From: Trypanosoma brucei
Lineage: Eukaryota
Assembly: GCA_000002445.1 (NCBI GenBank)
Contig: CP000068.1
Location: 320,001-384,000 of the forward strand
Length of the DNA stretch: 64,000 nucleotides
Direction of reading: 5' to 3'
Positions 21,096-32,617 of this stretch are shown here, one piece after another (position 1 is the stretch's first letter; every line of letters begins with the position of its first letter). Both the position numbers and the translations under genes were made by a program. The notes beneath the pieces were generated by a model. The model ran no database searches and had not been told where the DNA came from. It was given only the letters and a program-made list of their open reading frames with translations.

Positions 21096-22313
21096 GTGTT
21101 GAAAAATTACTTATTCGCACAGAAACATTCCTCACAATCCCGTCCTCGCGGCGACGTGATGCTCTTGGAAACTCCAGGAGAAAGAACAGGTGCCGTGCTT
21201 TTGGATTTCTCTGAAACAAGTGCCGACTTTAGGCAAGTACATGTGGTTCTTTTTCGTTGGCCGCTTCGTAGCGAATCGTATTGTCCTTTTCAGTAGATGT
21301 GTAACGCAATTGTATGCTACTAGCAATTACTTATTATTGTTATTGATTTTTTTAAAAATTTTGTTGGGTCATTTTTGGCAGTATTGGTCTCTTACTTTTC
21401 AAATGGTGCAGTAATGGGGAGGAGCGCGATGTGTAACATGCGTGTGTATTGTACACTCATGGAAAAGGAAAGGTGGGGGCTTCGAACGTATAATGTGGAT
21501 ATGAAGAGGAGGAGAGGAGGAGGGGGAAGGGAACATTAGTTTTGATGGAAGTTAAGATGAGAGGACCACAACAATGATGAAAGTGCTGCCGGTGTTTAAA
21601 GAAGGGGGTTTGGGACACTTCTTTCCAACCCTTTTTTGATCCGTGCTTTTGTTTCGTCTCCTGGTCCCTCCATCCTCGACTCCGAACACATCCGGCACTG
21701 TTTGTCACTTATATGCGTTTGCGTTTAACGGCTCACCTCTTTTTTTTTTTTTGAATCCCTGTGGTGCTAAAACAATGTTGAGCTGCCCTTCTCTTGCGCG
21801 TTGCGTGCGTGTCACCACAGTGCTATACATCACTTTATTTTATCTTATTTTATTGTATTTGTTTTGTTTCCAACGAGAGTTATCGGGGAAGCGGGGGGGG
21901 GAAGAGACGGCTGAGCGCAATGTTATAAATTGCCACAGTCGCTTCATTTCCCCATTTTTCTTATTTTTTCTCTCTTATTTTTTTTTTAAACAAGTTTTCT
22001 GAATGATGAAGATACCACTGTTGAATAAAATGTACGCATGAAAGTATTTTCTGTGTGGTTATGTATTTAATTTACTAGTCTACTTTCCCCATCTGTCCAG
22101 TCGTCTCAGCACCGTTCTTTGCTGTTCACGGCAGCCGCGGAAGCTACGCTTTCGTATTTTGTTTTCACTTTTGTTTGCTGTGATATTTATTTGTTTAAGC
22201 ATTTATATGAAAACCTTTTTTTTCTTTAAAAAAATTGAAAACTTGACTTATTCCCTACAACCCGGGTTTAAATGTCTCAGGAAAAAAATTTCTCGCCTTC
22301 TTTGCCCCCGTAG

Positions 22314-22316
<3 letters not shown>

Positions 22317-22351
<35 letters not shown>
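22317..22351. repeat. (TA)n microsatellite
   Basis: 'aaatatatatatatatatatatatatatatatatatgaat'. Confidence 0.9.
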
Positions 22352-22354
<3 letters not shown>

Positions 22355-22603
22355 TACAGGAGGTGTTGAAGTGCTTTCATGTTCCCCTTACTTTCGGTTG
22401 TTTTGTGTTCGCTGCAATCGTACTGTTGGTGGTGAAGTTGCCGCTGTTTATATCTTTTCCTAAATTTCCGTTTCATTTATTTTATCTTCGCTAACTTATA
22501 TGCCTCTACGTGTCGTTTTTTCTTTCCCTGATCCTCACACATATTTTAAGTATTTGTCTTGCGGGAAGTCTAAATGATCATTTATACATTTGCATATTTG
22601 CAA

Positions 22604-22606
<3 letters not shown>

Positions 22607-22646
<40 letters not shown>

Positions 22647-22652
22647 ATATAT
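22607..22652. repeat. Compound microsatellite (AT)14(GT)6(AT)3
   Basis: 'catatatatatatatatatatatatatatatatgtgtgtgtgtgtatatatc'. Confidence 0.9.
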
Positions 22653-23348
22653 CAACAGAAATGTATTGTTGCGTTTATGTTTGCTGTGTCTGTTTACCAC
22701 ACTGGAAACTCACGTATATATGCACTTCCTCATTTATTTTCGTCTACCGTACACATGCGTTTGCGCGACTAAAGGTAGGAAGTCAAGAGTTCATTACAAA
22801 CGGCACCAAAAGAAAGAAATTAAGAAATAGAGAGTAAACAAAAATCAGGAAAGTGTTGCCAAGGAAAAGAAAAAAGGGAGAAGTGTAAATAAGGCAGTAA
22901 ACAAATAGTGTGAAAGGGTAGTGCATTCCAAAAGTAACAGGAAAATAAGTAAATAAAAACATTGAAGGGTGCAATCACTACGAGTGAAAACAACATTAAT
23001 ACAAATAACGACAGTAACAATACAGCCCATACATATATATAAGAGGAAGCTGGAGAGGGGGAAAAAGCACAGCAATAGCAACTAAAAACACAAAACCGAA
23101 TCAAAAACAATAAAGCGGAAGTGAATCACAGCGTAAGGTAGAAGTAACGTGAGAAAACACAAACAGGGTGAGTACGCCGTAAAAGTAGCAGCGGCATAAC
23201 CGGCAGCAGTATCAGTGACAGCTTTAGTATCACAAAGGGAATTTATTTATCGTGAAACCGGCCAAAAAAAAAACACGGGAAAAACCCATCCCAAACAAGA
23301 AAAGGAACATATAAAAGGAAGGGGAGCTATTCACGAGCAGCCGTCATC

Positions 23349-24818
23349 ATGTCTGTCAGTTTTTCCACTCTGATTCAGCGGTCCCGCCCCTCTTCAAACC
23401 ATGCAACCACTAAACTTCTCAGCAATGTCCTTGCAAAGATTCCCCCAACGACACTCAGCACAGTTGGTAGCGGCGTGCGAGTGGCATGCGAGGAGAATCC
23501 CATCGCGTCTCTCGCTACTGTTGGTGTATGGTTGGATGCGGGAACTCGTCATGAACCTGCGCAATACGCCGGCACTGCGCGAGTCTTGCAAAAGTGTGGG
23601 TTTCTTGGTACTTCCAACCAAACCGCAGCACAAATCGCCGCAGCGGTGGACGAACTCGGTGGGCAGCTAACAGCAAACGTTGGCCGCGAGCACACACATT
23701 TGTATATGCGTGTCGCCCGCGAAGATACGGAGCGTGCTGTGTCTCTCCTGGCGGATGTGGTACGCAATGCCCGTTTGAGCGATGAGGATGTGGAGGTGGC
23801 GAAACAGGCGGTGCTACGCGATCAACATGACTTTGAACAGCGGCCAGATGACATTTGCATGGATAATCTTCACCGTTGTGCCTTCGACAGCACAACACAT
23901 GGGCCTGGTACACCGCTGTACGGCACAGAGGTCGGGACGACGCGTCTCAGCAATGCGCAGCTAAGAGAGTACCGTGACAAGATGCTTAGCGCCGGCCGCG
24001 TGGTGGTCGTGGGGAGCGGAGCTGTGAACCATACCGCTTTGGAACGGGCTGCGACCAGCGCGTTCGGGGACCTGCAGAAGGGAACTGTAACACTCGCCGG
24101 AGTTCCCGAAGCCCGGTTTGTGGGAGGAGAGTACAAACTGTGGAACTTGCGTTACAAGACTGTCCACATTGGATGGGCTTTTGAAACCTGTGGCGCAGCA
24201 TGCGAGGACTCCCTTCCGCTTGCACTCGCCTGTGAAGTTCCCGGTCCGTTCCACCGTTCCCAACATGAACTTGGACAGCATGCCATGCATCGTGTCCTAA
24301 AAACTTTCTCTTCGCTGGATCACAGCACTCCTACCAACACCCACTTCAACGAGAAGTGTATTGAAATTGCGAACCCTTTTCTGCACCAGTACAAAGACAC
24401 GGGGTTATGCGGAATGTATGTTGTGGGGCGGCCGGCTCAGGCGGGTCCTGGAGACGGCACGGCAATGATTGAAGTGTTTCAATACACCATCGCGGAATGG
24501 TGCCGCATCTGCCAGAAGATACTCCATGAACAGGAACTTGCTCAGGCCAAGGTGAACCTCAAGTCCCAACTGCTCTTCAACATGGACGGCAGCTCAAACT
24601 CTGCGGAGGATATTGGTCGGCAGGTACTTCACTATGGGCGCCGCATTCCGCTGGAGGAAATGTACGCTCGTATCGATGATGTGACACCAACAAATGTACA
24701 GGAGGTGCTTCAGCACTACTTCTACGGGCGGAAACCGGTGTACAGTTATCTTGGTTACTGTGCTAACATTCCAGGTTATGACTGGACACAACACTGGTCC
24801 TACAAGTACTGGTATTAA
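23349..24818 (+). CDS. M16 (insulinase/pitrilysin) family protein lacking the HxxEH zinc site; mitochondrial processing peptidase alpha-subunit / bc1-core-like
   Basis: M16 N-terminal domain signature region ('ASLATVGVWLDAGTRHEPAQYAGTARVLQKCGFLGTSN') with no inverted zinc motif. The M16 C-terminal domain is present. The N-terminus is Ser/Arg-rich and presequence-like ('MSVSFSTLIQRSRPSSNHATTKLL'). Confidence 0.65.
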   Translation: MSVSFSTLIQRSRPSSNHATTKLLSNVLAKIPPTTLSTVGSGVRVACEENPIASLATVGVWLDAGTRHEPAQYAGTARVLQKCGFLGTSNQTAAQIAAAVDELGGQLTANVGREHTHLYMRVAREDTERAVSLLADVVRNARLSDEDVEVAKQAVLRDQHDFEQRPDDICMDNLHRCAFDSTTHGPGTPLYGTEVGTTRLSNAQLREYRDKMLSAGRVVVVGSGAVNHTALERAATSAFGDLQKGTVTLAGVPEARFVGGEYKLWNLRYKTVHIGWAFETCGAACEDSLPLALACEVPGPFHRSQHELGQHAMHRVLKTFSSLDHSTPTNTHFNEKCIEIANPFLHQYKDTGLCGMYVVGRPAQAGPGDGTAMIEVFQYTIAEWCRICQKILHEQELAQAKVNLKSQLLFNMDGSSNSAEDIGRQVLHYGRRIPLEEMYARIDDVTPTNVQEVLQHYFYGRKPVYSYLGYCANIPGYDWTQHWSYKYWY

Positions 24819-26243
24819 ATGATGGAGAAACGTTTTCGTCCCTTTTCCGTACTTAGTCTCTGTTATTATTATTACTATATATTTTTTTGTTTTAAATCTT
24901 CCATGTTGCGCACGTACATGTACACATATGTATTTGGTTTTTATGGCGTAGGTGATGACACCGCTGTTGTCCCTTTTTTTTTATTTTTATGAATCTATCC
25001 TGACGGATAGCGATAATGCGATTTTGCAGTTGCAGTAACTTTGATGGCGGCTGCGCCTTTTCCTTCCTCTCTGTTCACATATATGAGTAGTACAGCGGTA
25101 CCAGCAGCAGGAACAGAGAGTGAGGGAGATGTTTTTGTTATTTTTGTTTATTTTATTTGTGGTTACCATTTCCATCGCGTTGTCATCGCTCTTTTTTTTT
25201 TGTCCCCCCCTTCCTAAATGCACATGCGGGTCCGCCAATAAACCTCCTATTTTTCAGAAGCATGTGTCTCTCTCTCTCTCTATATATATATATATAGCTC
25301 AGAGGGAGAAGCAAGATTCCTTGTGGCGCCATGCACTGCTTGAAGTGTTTAAAAAGTTACTTACTCATCACTTACCTTTCAGTCTTATTGTTACATATGT
25401 TGGGAGGAGGAGGGGCAATTAACAACAGCAAAAATGAAACTCTTGGGGTTCCCGCAGCGGATTCGCTACGTAGAGAATCTAACATGAAGATGTACAATTG
25501 CGCGCGTGTTGATGTATTTTTTCTTTATTTGTTTCTCCGTTTGTTTTTTTTTCCTTTTTTGTGCCGCTTGATGGTTAGTGGGGCACACTTAACTAAGTCA
25601 CCCTTACTATTATTGTTATTTTTACAATCCTGGTACGTGTGCTCTTTCGGCATGCACGTGTCTGTTTGCCTGTTTTATTTTTCTTCCTTGTTTGTTCAGA
25701 AGATAGGGAGAGAGAAACCGTTCCCACATGTGCGTGTATGTGCTAGTTGCGGGTTATTTGTTAGAGAGGAACTATATTATTTATATTATTAAAATGTTAC
25801 CCTCAGTCCTCATCAAGGCTGAGGGATGTAGTGGACGTATCCTTGTGTGTGCTTGTGTCTGTTTGTTTTTATATTTTTATATCGTCCTAGTGAATTTGGA
25901 GGGGTGCAATGAGGAAAGAGAAGGGCGTGTGCGCTGCATGCGTGTTGAAATGAGTGTCGGGTTTCTCCAACTGTCTCTTTACCCACACCCATTTACTCAC
26001 CTCTGCACACTTTCCTGCTTGGTTTCTTCCTTTTCCTTCATCTTTCTATGTTGCCGTTTTCTTCTATTTGGTCATCCCTTTTTATCCCACTTTGATACCA
26101 CTTCGACGATCCCTGCTAAGATGGGGCTATTCACGGTGAAGATATCACTTTGCTTTCCCGCCTCCCACCCCTGTTATCACTGCCTTTTCGGCCACAACAG
26201 GAATAATAGTAGAAAATATTGTTGGTCCTTGCTATAGTTACAG

Positions 26244-28991
26244 ATGTCTGCAATCAAAGAACTTGTCGAAAGGAAGGTTAAACGAGGCCCGTATGCACAC
26301 CATGAGCTTATCATATGCCCAGGCTATTCTAATACGGGCAATGCAAGCACTAACACGAAGGGAAGTGCCGCTGCTTCCGATACCCGCAGCAACAGTCTCC
26401 CAGGTGTGGGTTCAAAGGGACATCGCTGTTGGTTATGCGCCTCTTTGGTAAAACCGATCGAACCGCAGGAGGTGCTGCTCTGTTTTCGATGCCTTCGCGT
26501 AGCTTTTCTTGACATAATTATGCCTCTCGTTGACAGCCCGGAGAGGCGGAAAGCTGATGCCAAGTTTATTTCGAAGATTAGCCGAGTAAAAGACACTGAA
26601 GGGACGACCCCGTTAGTGCCCAAGCTTCCAACTGTGGTGTCAGCGACCCCCCCAGCGGCAAATGAGGTACAATCCACGAATCACGTATCCCAGTCGAGGT
26701 CCACATTGCCATCCGATCCGTCCGGTCGCACTCAGTTGGCCAATGATAGCGGTCTTGGACGAGGTGTTGATTCCCACCGGTGTAGCAGCGCCTGGGCGCA
26801 CCGCAGATGCATTGAAGTGGGGGACCAAGGAACCCCTGCGGGCAATGGCCACGATGAGCTAACTGTCAAGTGTCCTGTTTGCCACGCTACGTGCAGCGCG
26901 ACTGACAAGCGACTAACACGTTGTTTGGATGGCAAAACGGTGCACCTCATTTGGGTTTGTTCCATGTGCAACACGACCAATACACAAAATAGTGATGAAT
27001 GTCATAGCTGCAAGGCGCCATTTGTGTGGCCGTGTTTGCAATGCGGTCTCACGCAGGAATCACCGTGCTGTGGAGATGAGCTTCGCATGTGTGTTGAATG
27101 TGAGGCTCTGAACACACCAGCAGATATACTTGCGTCACTGAAGCGAGCGTGTCTGGGCGGGGAGGGGGGCTATGCGGAAACGGATGGGGATCTCGGGTTG
27201 GATGACGAGGGAAATGATGGTACGGCGGGCGACGCGGATCTGGTGGGTTCGGTGTTTGGTGTGAATGACCTCGACACCGTAGCAGAGAAGGCTCGCCAGC
27301 GGGAGATTGTGGAGGGTCGTGCTCGGCTTCAGCGGCGTATGCGCCGGCTCGGTGTGGAAGCAAATGTTCAAGAATCCGATGGGAACTGCCTGTTCCGTTC
27401 GCTTGCAACTCAACTACTCGGTGACCCCGGTGCTCACATGACAATTCGCCGACTCGTGGTGGGTTACATGAAGGTTCGACAAGAGAGTTACAAGATTCTA
27501 TTCGATGGTGAGGAGGAGTGGAGCAATTACATATCTAACATGTACTGTAGTGGTTCGTGGGGTGATGAGCTTTGCCTCAATGCCGCGTGTCGGTGCTTCC
27601 GTGTGAATATTCATGTCATTACCAGCGCTGCCTCGGGGTGGCATTTGGTGTTCCAGTGTGATGATTTGCAGGACTCTGCAACAGCGCCGTATGGGGACTC
27701 CGGTCAAGGTAGGCTATTCGAAACAGCAGGATCGATTTGCCTTTTTCTTAATTACATTGCGCCTGTGCACTACGACGACGTGCCGGTGTTCCGGTCGCAG
27801 GTTATTTCATTGAATGCAAAGCTCACGGAGCAGCTCCAATATATGCTGGCTGAGGAGGGCCGCTCGCGTAGCCGCAGGGATGACGCGAGAAGGAGTGGAG
27901 CTGTCCGAGTCGGACAATTACAAAGTTGTCCATCAATAGGGGGAGAAGGACAGCCACTTCAAAAACTTGAGGAGCAGGGACAACGTTGTGCAAAACAGCA
28001 GCTAGAAAGCGATGAAAACAGTGCATGTTGTGTGGATGGAAAGGTGCAACAGCGAATGGATGCAAAACTACCACTACAGCTAAGTGGAGAGCAGCGACAG
28101 AAGACGGATGAAAAATACCTGACAGATACGTGTAGGGATCGACCGCGGTTAATAAATGAAGGATCGCCTCGGCCAGCCACTGGACACCCTCATCGGGCAT
28201 GCAACGATCACACTGTTCGCCAGATGAATACACACAAGCAGTGGCGAACGGGTGAGGAAATGTCACGGGATGTGGATGAGGGACGGTTGTGGTTGGCGAA
28301 CTCGGAAACCCTATCTCAAGGAACTGGGGACCGACAGAGAGGAATGGGTGAGCACCCCAAGCGCCTCATGAACGAAGAAATTATGCGCCAGGTGAATGGG
28401 CAGCAGCAGCAGCAGTGGGTGAATGAGGGGCACCGGCGACCACTGGATGAAAAATACCTGACAGATACGTGTAGGGATCGACCGCGGTTAATGAATGAAG
28501 GATCGCCTCGGCCAGCCACTGGACACCCTCATCGGGCATGCAACGATCACACTGTTCGTCAGATGAACACACACAAGCAGTGGCGAACGAGTGAGGAAAT
28601 GTCACGGGATGTGGATGAGGGACGGTTGTGGCGAATGAATCCACTCTCACTGCATCGGGGTGGTGAGGTTCAACAACCGGACCATTCCAGAGATCACCAG
28701 CCGCGCGCGCACGGGCTCCCGCAGCGAGCAGGCCGTCTGCATGATCCTCACACGCCCCGGGAGCAGTCGGTTAGTGGTCAGCAGCACCGGCAGTGGGTTT
28801 TGCCACCCCCTGCACCAGGCTGTAACAATGAGTTCACATTGCCCATTCCCAGTCGCCCCAATACCATGCGTCAGTTTCGAGAGAGTAGGCCATCAACGTT
28901 ATCTTCTGACTCGGCAGTAGCTTCCACGGGGTTATTCCCTAGACCTAACGGACAGAACTGGCCACTGGGAGATTTGCGAGGCCCTCATTAG
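26244..28991 (+). CDS. OTU-domain cysteine protease (deubiquitinase-like) with N-terminal RanBP2-type zinc fingers and a duplicated C-terminal segment
   Basis: OTU catalytic motifs 'DGNCLFRSLATQLLG' (Cys) and '...IAPVHYDDV' (His). Upstream, 'WVCSMCNTTNTQNSDECHSC' and 'WPCLQCGLTQESPCCGDELRMC' fit W-x-C-x2-C-x3-N-x6-C-x2-C. The C-terminal Gln/Arg/His-rich region is low-complexity. Confidence 0.8.
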   Translation: MSAIKELVERKVKRGPYAHHELIICPGYSNTGNASTNTKGSAAASDTRSNSLPGVGSKGHRCWLCASLVKPIEPQEVLLCFRCLRVAFLDIIMPLVDSPERRKADAKFISKISRVKDTEGTTPLVPKLPTVVSATPPAANEVQSTNHVSQSRSTLPSDPSGRTQLANDSGLGRGVDSHRCSSAWAHRRCIEVGDQGTPAGNGHDELTVKCPVCHATCSATDKRLTRCLDGKTVHLIWVCSMCNTTNTQNSDECHSCKAPFVWPCLQCGLTQESPCCGDELRMCVECEALNTPADILASLKRACLGGEGGYAETDGDLGLDDEGNDGTAGDADLVGSVFGVNDLDTVAEKARQREIVEGRARLQRRMRRLGVEANVQESDGNCLFRSLATQLLGDPGAHMTIRRLVVGYMKVRQESYKILFDGEEEWSNYISNMYCSGSWGDELCLNAACRCFRVNIHVITSAASGWHLVFQCDDLQDSATAPYGDSGQGRLFETAGSICLFLNYIAPVHYDDVPVFRSQVISLNAKLTEQLQYMLAEEGRSRSRRDDARRSGAVRVGQLQSCPSIGGEGQPLQKLEEQGQRCAKQQLESDENSACCVDGKVQQRMDAKLPLQLSGEQRQKTDEKYLTDTCRDRPRLINEGSPRPATGHPHRACNDHTVRQMNTHKQWRTGEEMSRDVDEGRLWLANSETLSQGTGDRQRGMGEHPKRLMNEEIMRQVNGQQQQQWVNEGHRRPLDEKYLTDTCRDRPRLMNEGSPRPATGHPHRACNDHTVRQMNTHKQWRTSEEMSRDVDEGRLWRMNPLSLHRGGEVQQPDHSRDHQPRAHGLPQRAGRLHDPHTPREQSVSGQQHRQWVLPPPAPGCNNEFTLPIPSRPNTMRQFRESRPSTLSSDSAVASTGLFPRPNGQNWPLGDLRGPH
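28107..28631 (+). repeat. Internal in-frame duplication inside the OTU gene: two about 186-nt copies (about 95% identical) offset by 339 nt
   Basis: 'gatgaaaaatacctgacagatacgtgtagggatcgaccgcggttaa[t/g]aaatgaaggatcgcctcggccagccactgg...' occurs at 28107 and again at 28446. Both encode 'DEKYLTDTCRDRPRLxNEGSPRPATGHPHRACNDHTVRQMNTHKQWRTxEEMSRDVDEGRLW'. Confidence 0.9.
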
Positions 28992-30970
28992 TGCTTCATC
29001 AGGCACAACATGCATGGCTATCCTGAAGATGATCCCGTTTAAGTCGCAGGGTGAGGAAAATTAAACCTTCTGCGGTAAGGGTTTTGTGCCGGCATGTTGG
29101 ATTTGGAGGAAAAAAAATGATCAATATTTACTTGTGTGTATGTGTGCCTGAGGAGTGTGCTGGTGTTGGAAGGGAGGAGGAGGGGGAGGTGTTTGCTTAC
29201 CAATGAAGTTAGCAGTTTTTTTTTTACTTTTTTCATTTTTTTTGTTTGATCTATCACATAATGCAGTCAAAGGCATGCGTGGATGGTGCCTGTTAATTCA
29301 ACGCTTGTTAGGTGGACAGGATATGATCTCTCCACATGAATGCACACACGGAACAGCTGGCCCAAGAAAAATGCAGAGTAAGGTTATGTGTATATATATA
29401 TGTATGTGTGCGTGCTGGTAATCCTATATAAATAATAATTACCTAAGCGAGACTAGCCGGAACGGGATAACTGTTTGGCCCTCGGGAGCCCCTGACGCAC
29501 TGGTAGCGGCACCGTTTCCGCTTTATGTTCATGTGCGTGCAAAAGGGGGAGGGGAAAGAAATGTGGGGATATACCTGACCTCTGTGGTGTGTTGGTTAGG
29601 TTCTTCCACTTTACTTTTATCTCCTTTTTTTGTTTTTCAAAAGCCTTCTCTGTTAAAAGTTCACCCTTTAAAACCTTTCTTTTAGTCGCTTCATTTTGCT
29701 CCTTCATTTTGCGGACTTGTTTTTTGTGTCTTCTTACCTCTAATTTTTCATTTTTTGGGATCGGGATTGCGCTGTACCTCAGTTGTGGCACTCGTCATTT
29801 GTAGTGTATTTGCTTGTACATACATTACACTATGTATTGCGCCGTATGCATTAAACTGTGAGGTTTTGTGTGTGTGTGTGTATGTTATGTGTTTGTGCTT
29901 GCGTCTGCTTTGAAGGAATGCCGGAAAAATCGGGGAGTTGGAGTAGGATGAGAGTCAGCAGGGGAATTTGGGCGTTACGTTCTTAAATCCTTTTGGCAGT
30001 TGTTACTGGTGCGCTCTTCCAACAAGCACTACTTCGACCTGAAGGGAGGGGGAGGGAAAAGAAAAAAAAGGCACGCGTGGGTGAATGAAGGGATGGATGA
30101 GGGAGAAGAAAGTTGTACGCGGAGAAGATGTGTTTCTTTTTGTTACATGGAGGCTCTGGATGCTTTTCCCGCTCTGTGTGAAATGAAGGTCTCTTCCTTC
30201 CCTCCTTCGCTCCCATTCTCTTTCCTCCCCCCCCTACCCAAGTGAACTGCCCTTTCACTTCTGTTTGTGACCTTTCCAATCTGATCCGCCGATGTATGCT
30301 TCACAACTTTACAACTTCTCTCAATTTCTTTGTTTTGCTTTGTGCTGCATTCACCCAATTTCACTTGTAGGGCTTTCGTTTCTGATAGGCGTTGATTGCT
30401 CGTATGGTTTTTTTTGTGTTTGTGTGTTTTTATGTTTGATGTTCTTTCCCCTGCTGTTTTGTTATTTTTGTGCCCCTCCTTTCCCCCTCCTCTTTGTTTT
30501 GTCTTGTTTCTCACGAGGTGGAGTTGGTCGATGTTTGTATATCATGCGGCACATCGGTTTTTACCTTGTCGCCGCACGTTTCGTTCCCCTTGGCATATTT
30601 TTTAAAATTCACACATGCGTTTTGAGTATTGACGTGATCTGTACACTACGCCTACCCATTGGCCTGTTTCAGCACTATTCTCTGCGGTTGTGCTGCGCTG
30701 GATAACGCTTTGTTTTCTTTATTTTAAAGCATAGGCGGTGAAATTGACATTTCTTCACCACAAAGAGAGCACGGGAAAACCGTAAACCCTGAAGTGACGG
30801 GAGCTCAAAGGAAGACATCGAAGAAGAAGGAGGGTGCGTGTGCGTGTGGGAAAAAGTTCAGTGAGTTTTTTTCTCCTTCTTATTTTACTTCCTTCTCAGC
30901 TAATCATAAACTGGCTGTTTCAGGAATACGAAGGGGAGGCGTTTGTGCACCTCGTACACCTTTTGCCACC

Positions 30971-31684
30971 ATGCTCGACACGAGTGGCAGCCCCGATGGG
31001 TTCGGTGATTACACGGCACCTTCCAAACGTGGTGTGCTGTTTTTTTCCACCGTGCCGCGAGACATGCGGCCGCAGGAGGTGGAGCGTCATTTCGGGCGAT
31101 TCGGCACCATCACACGTCGCAAGTTCACTCCGTTTCCAAGGAAGGAACGCCGACCCAATGGTCCACTCCTTCCTCTACAGTTCATGCGCGGGTACATTGA
31201 GTTCTCCAAGGCGGAGGATGCGGAATATGCGGCTGCTGCCATGAATGGAACCCCTGTGGACTGCAAGCGGCGGCGTCGCTGCAGTGGACAGCTGTGGACT
31301 GTCAAATATGAGAAAGGTTTCACATGGGATGTGTTGCTGGAGGAACGGGAGGCCGCTGTGCGTTCGAGACGTCAGCGTGAGGTAGAGGCGAGAAGCCAAG
31401 AGAGGGAAATAAATGAGGCATTTCGTGCCGCTGTGGCGAAGCGACTCGCAAGTCGAGCAAAAAACAGGAAAGGGGACGGTGCCGCAAAGGTATCGACTGC
31501 AGGTGGTGGCGAAACGCTCGTAAACCGAGATGATAACTCGAAATGTAAGCGGGAGCCGGGCAATGATGATGTTGATGAGTCGCGGACGAAGCGCAAGAGA
31601 TCCCGGGTTGAGGCCACTTCATCGACCAGTGATGCCACAAATGCTTCCAAAGATTTAAAAAAGAAGAAAGTAAAAAAAAATTAA
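30971..31684 (+). CDS. ESF2/ABT1-family RNA-binding protein (pre-rRNA processing factor-like, RRM-like domain)
   Basis: 'GVLFFSTVPRDMRPQEVERHFGRFGTITRRKF...GYIEFSKAEDAEYAAAAMNGTPVD' resembles the ESF2/ABT1 RRM-like core. The C-terminal tail is basic. The six-frame ORF starts at 30794, but a pyrimidine tract at about 30868-30900 makes the ATG at 30971 more likely. Confidence 0.5.
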   Translation: MLDTSGSPDGFGDYTAPSKRGVLFFSTVPRDMRPQEVERHFGRFGTITRRKFTPFPRKERRPNGPLLPLQFMRGYIEFSKAEDAEYAAAAMNGTPVDCKRRRRCSGQLWTVKYEKGFTWDVLLEEREAAVRSRRQREVEARSQEREINEAFRAAVAKRLASRAKNRKGDGAAKVSTAGGGETLVNRDDNSKCKREPGNDDVDESRTKRKRSRVEATSSTSDATNASKDLKKKKVKKN

Positions 31685-32617
31685 GAACTGACGCCGGTGG
31701 AGGGCTCGTCGCCTGCAGTTACGGGAAGTACTTTGATAGGGAATGGGAAGAAGAGGTGAGGATGTTGTGTACGGGATAAGTGAATGAGTTCCGCGCGTCT
31801 GCTCGCTGTTGTTACTTCGTTGTTTCCCCCTTATTTTCATTTCTGGTACTTTTTATTTCGTTGCTGCTTGTTGAAGTGACGGTGATTGTTTATGCTGTTG
31901 GAACGTTATTCGATGTCGTATTTTTGCATCACAGAGTTGGGGTTCGCATTCCTTTCTTAGTTGGGGATGGCGTAGCGGCACCGTGATGGCGGAATGGAGT
32001 GAGAAGAGGGCGTTGTAAACGATTAAGAAGCAAAGGAGAGGGTCGCATGGGCCACCATAGCAGCCTTGCGTTGGGTATAGTGAATACGCCCACATAAGTC
32101 TACGCAGTGTGCGGTACCCTTTTCTTTTCCCTTCCAGTAAGTAAGACATATATTTATTTGTTTATGTCGTTGCACAGTTTGTATTTTTTGTCTTCTTTCT
32201 CCATCTGTCCGCTCCGGCAGTGATGATGAAACCCTCAGTGTTTTAAGCGTTAGCACCTCGACTAAGTCGCGTAAGGAGTCTCTGGCCTTTCTATCTTATC
32301 CGCCTAGATTTGTTCCTTCTTCCTAAGTCGATATTTATAGAAATATTTTTCTACATAACGTTAGGTGGGGTGCAGGAGAAAGGCGGAGAAGAGTAAAAGG
32401 TAACAGTGAAAGGAGGAGAACCTCAGTCAAAGAGAGAATATATATATATATATATATATATATTCTTTTATTTTTGTCACCTAGCAGTTTACATCAAGTC
32501 ACGTTCCGCGTACTTCGTTTCACTATTGCGTTGCCCCAATCATCACTATTTTTTTACGCGTCGTTGATATCATTTAGTTTACGTACAAAGGTCACATCAA
32601 ATTCACTGTCCTTTACT

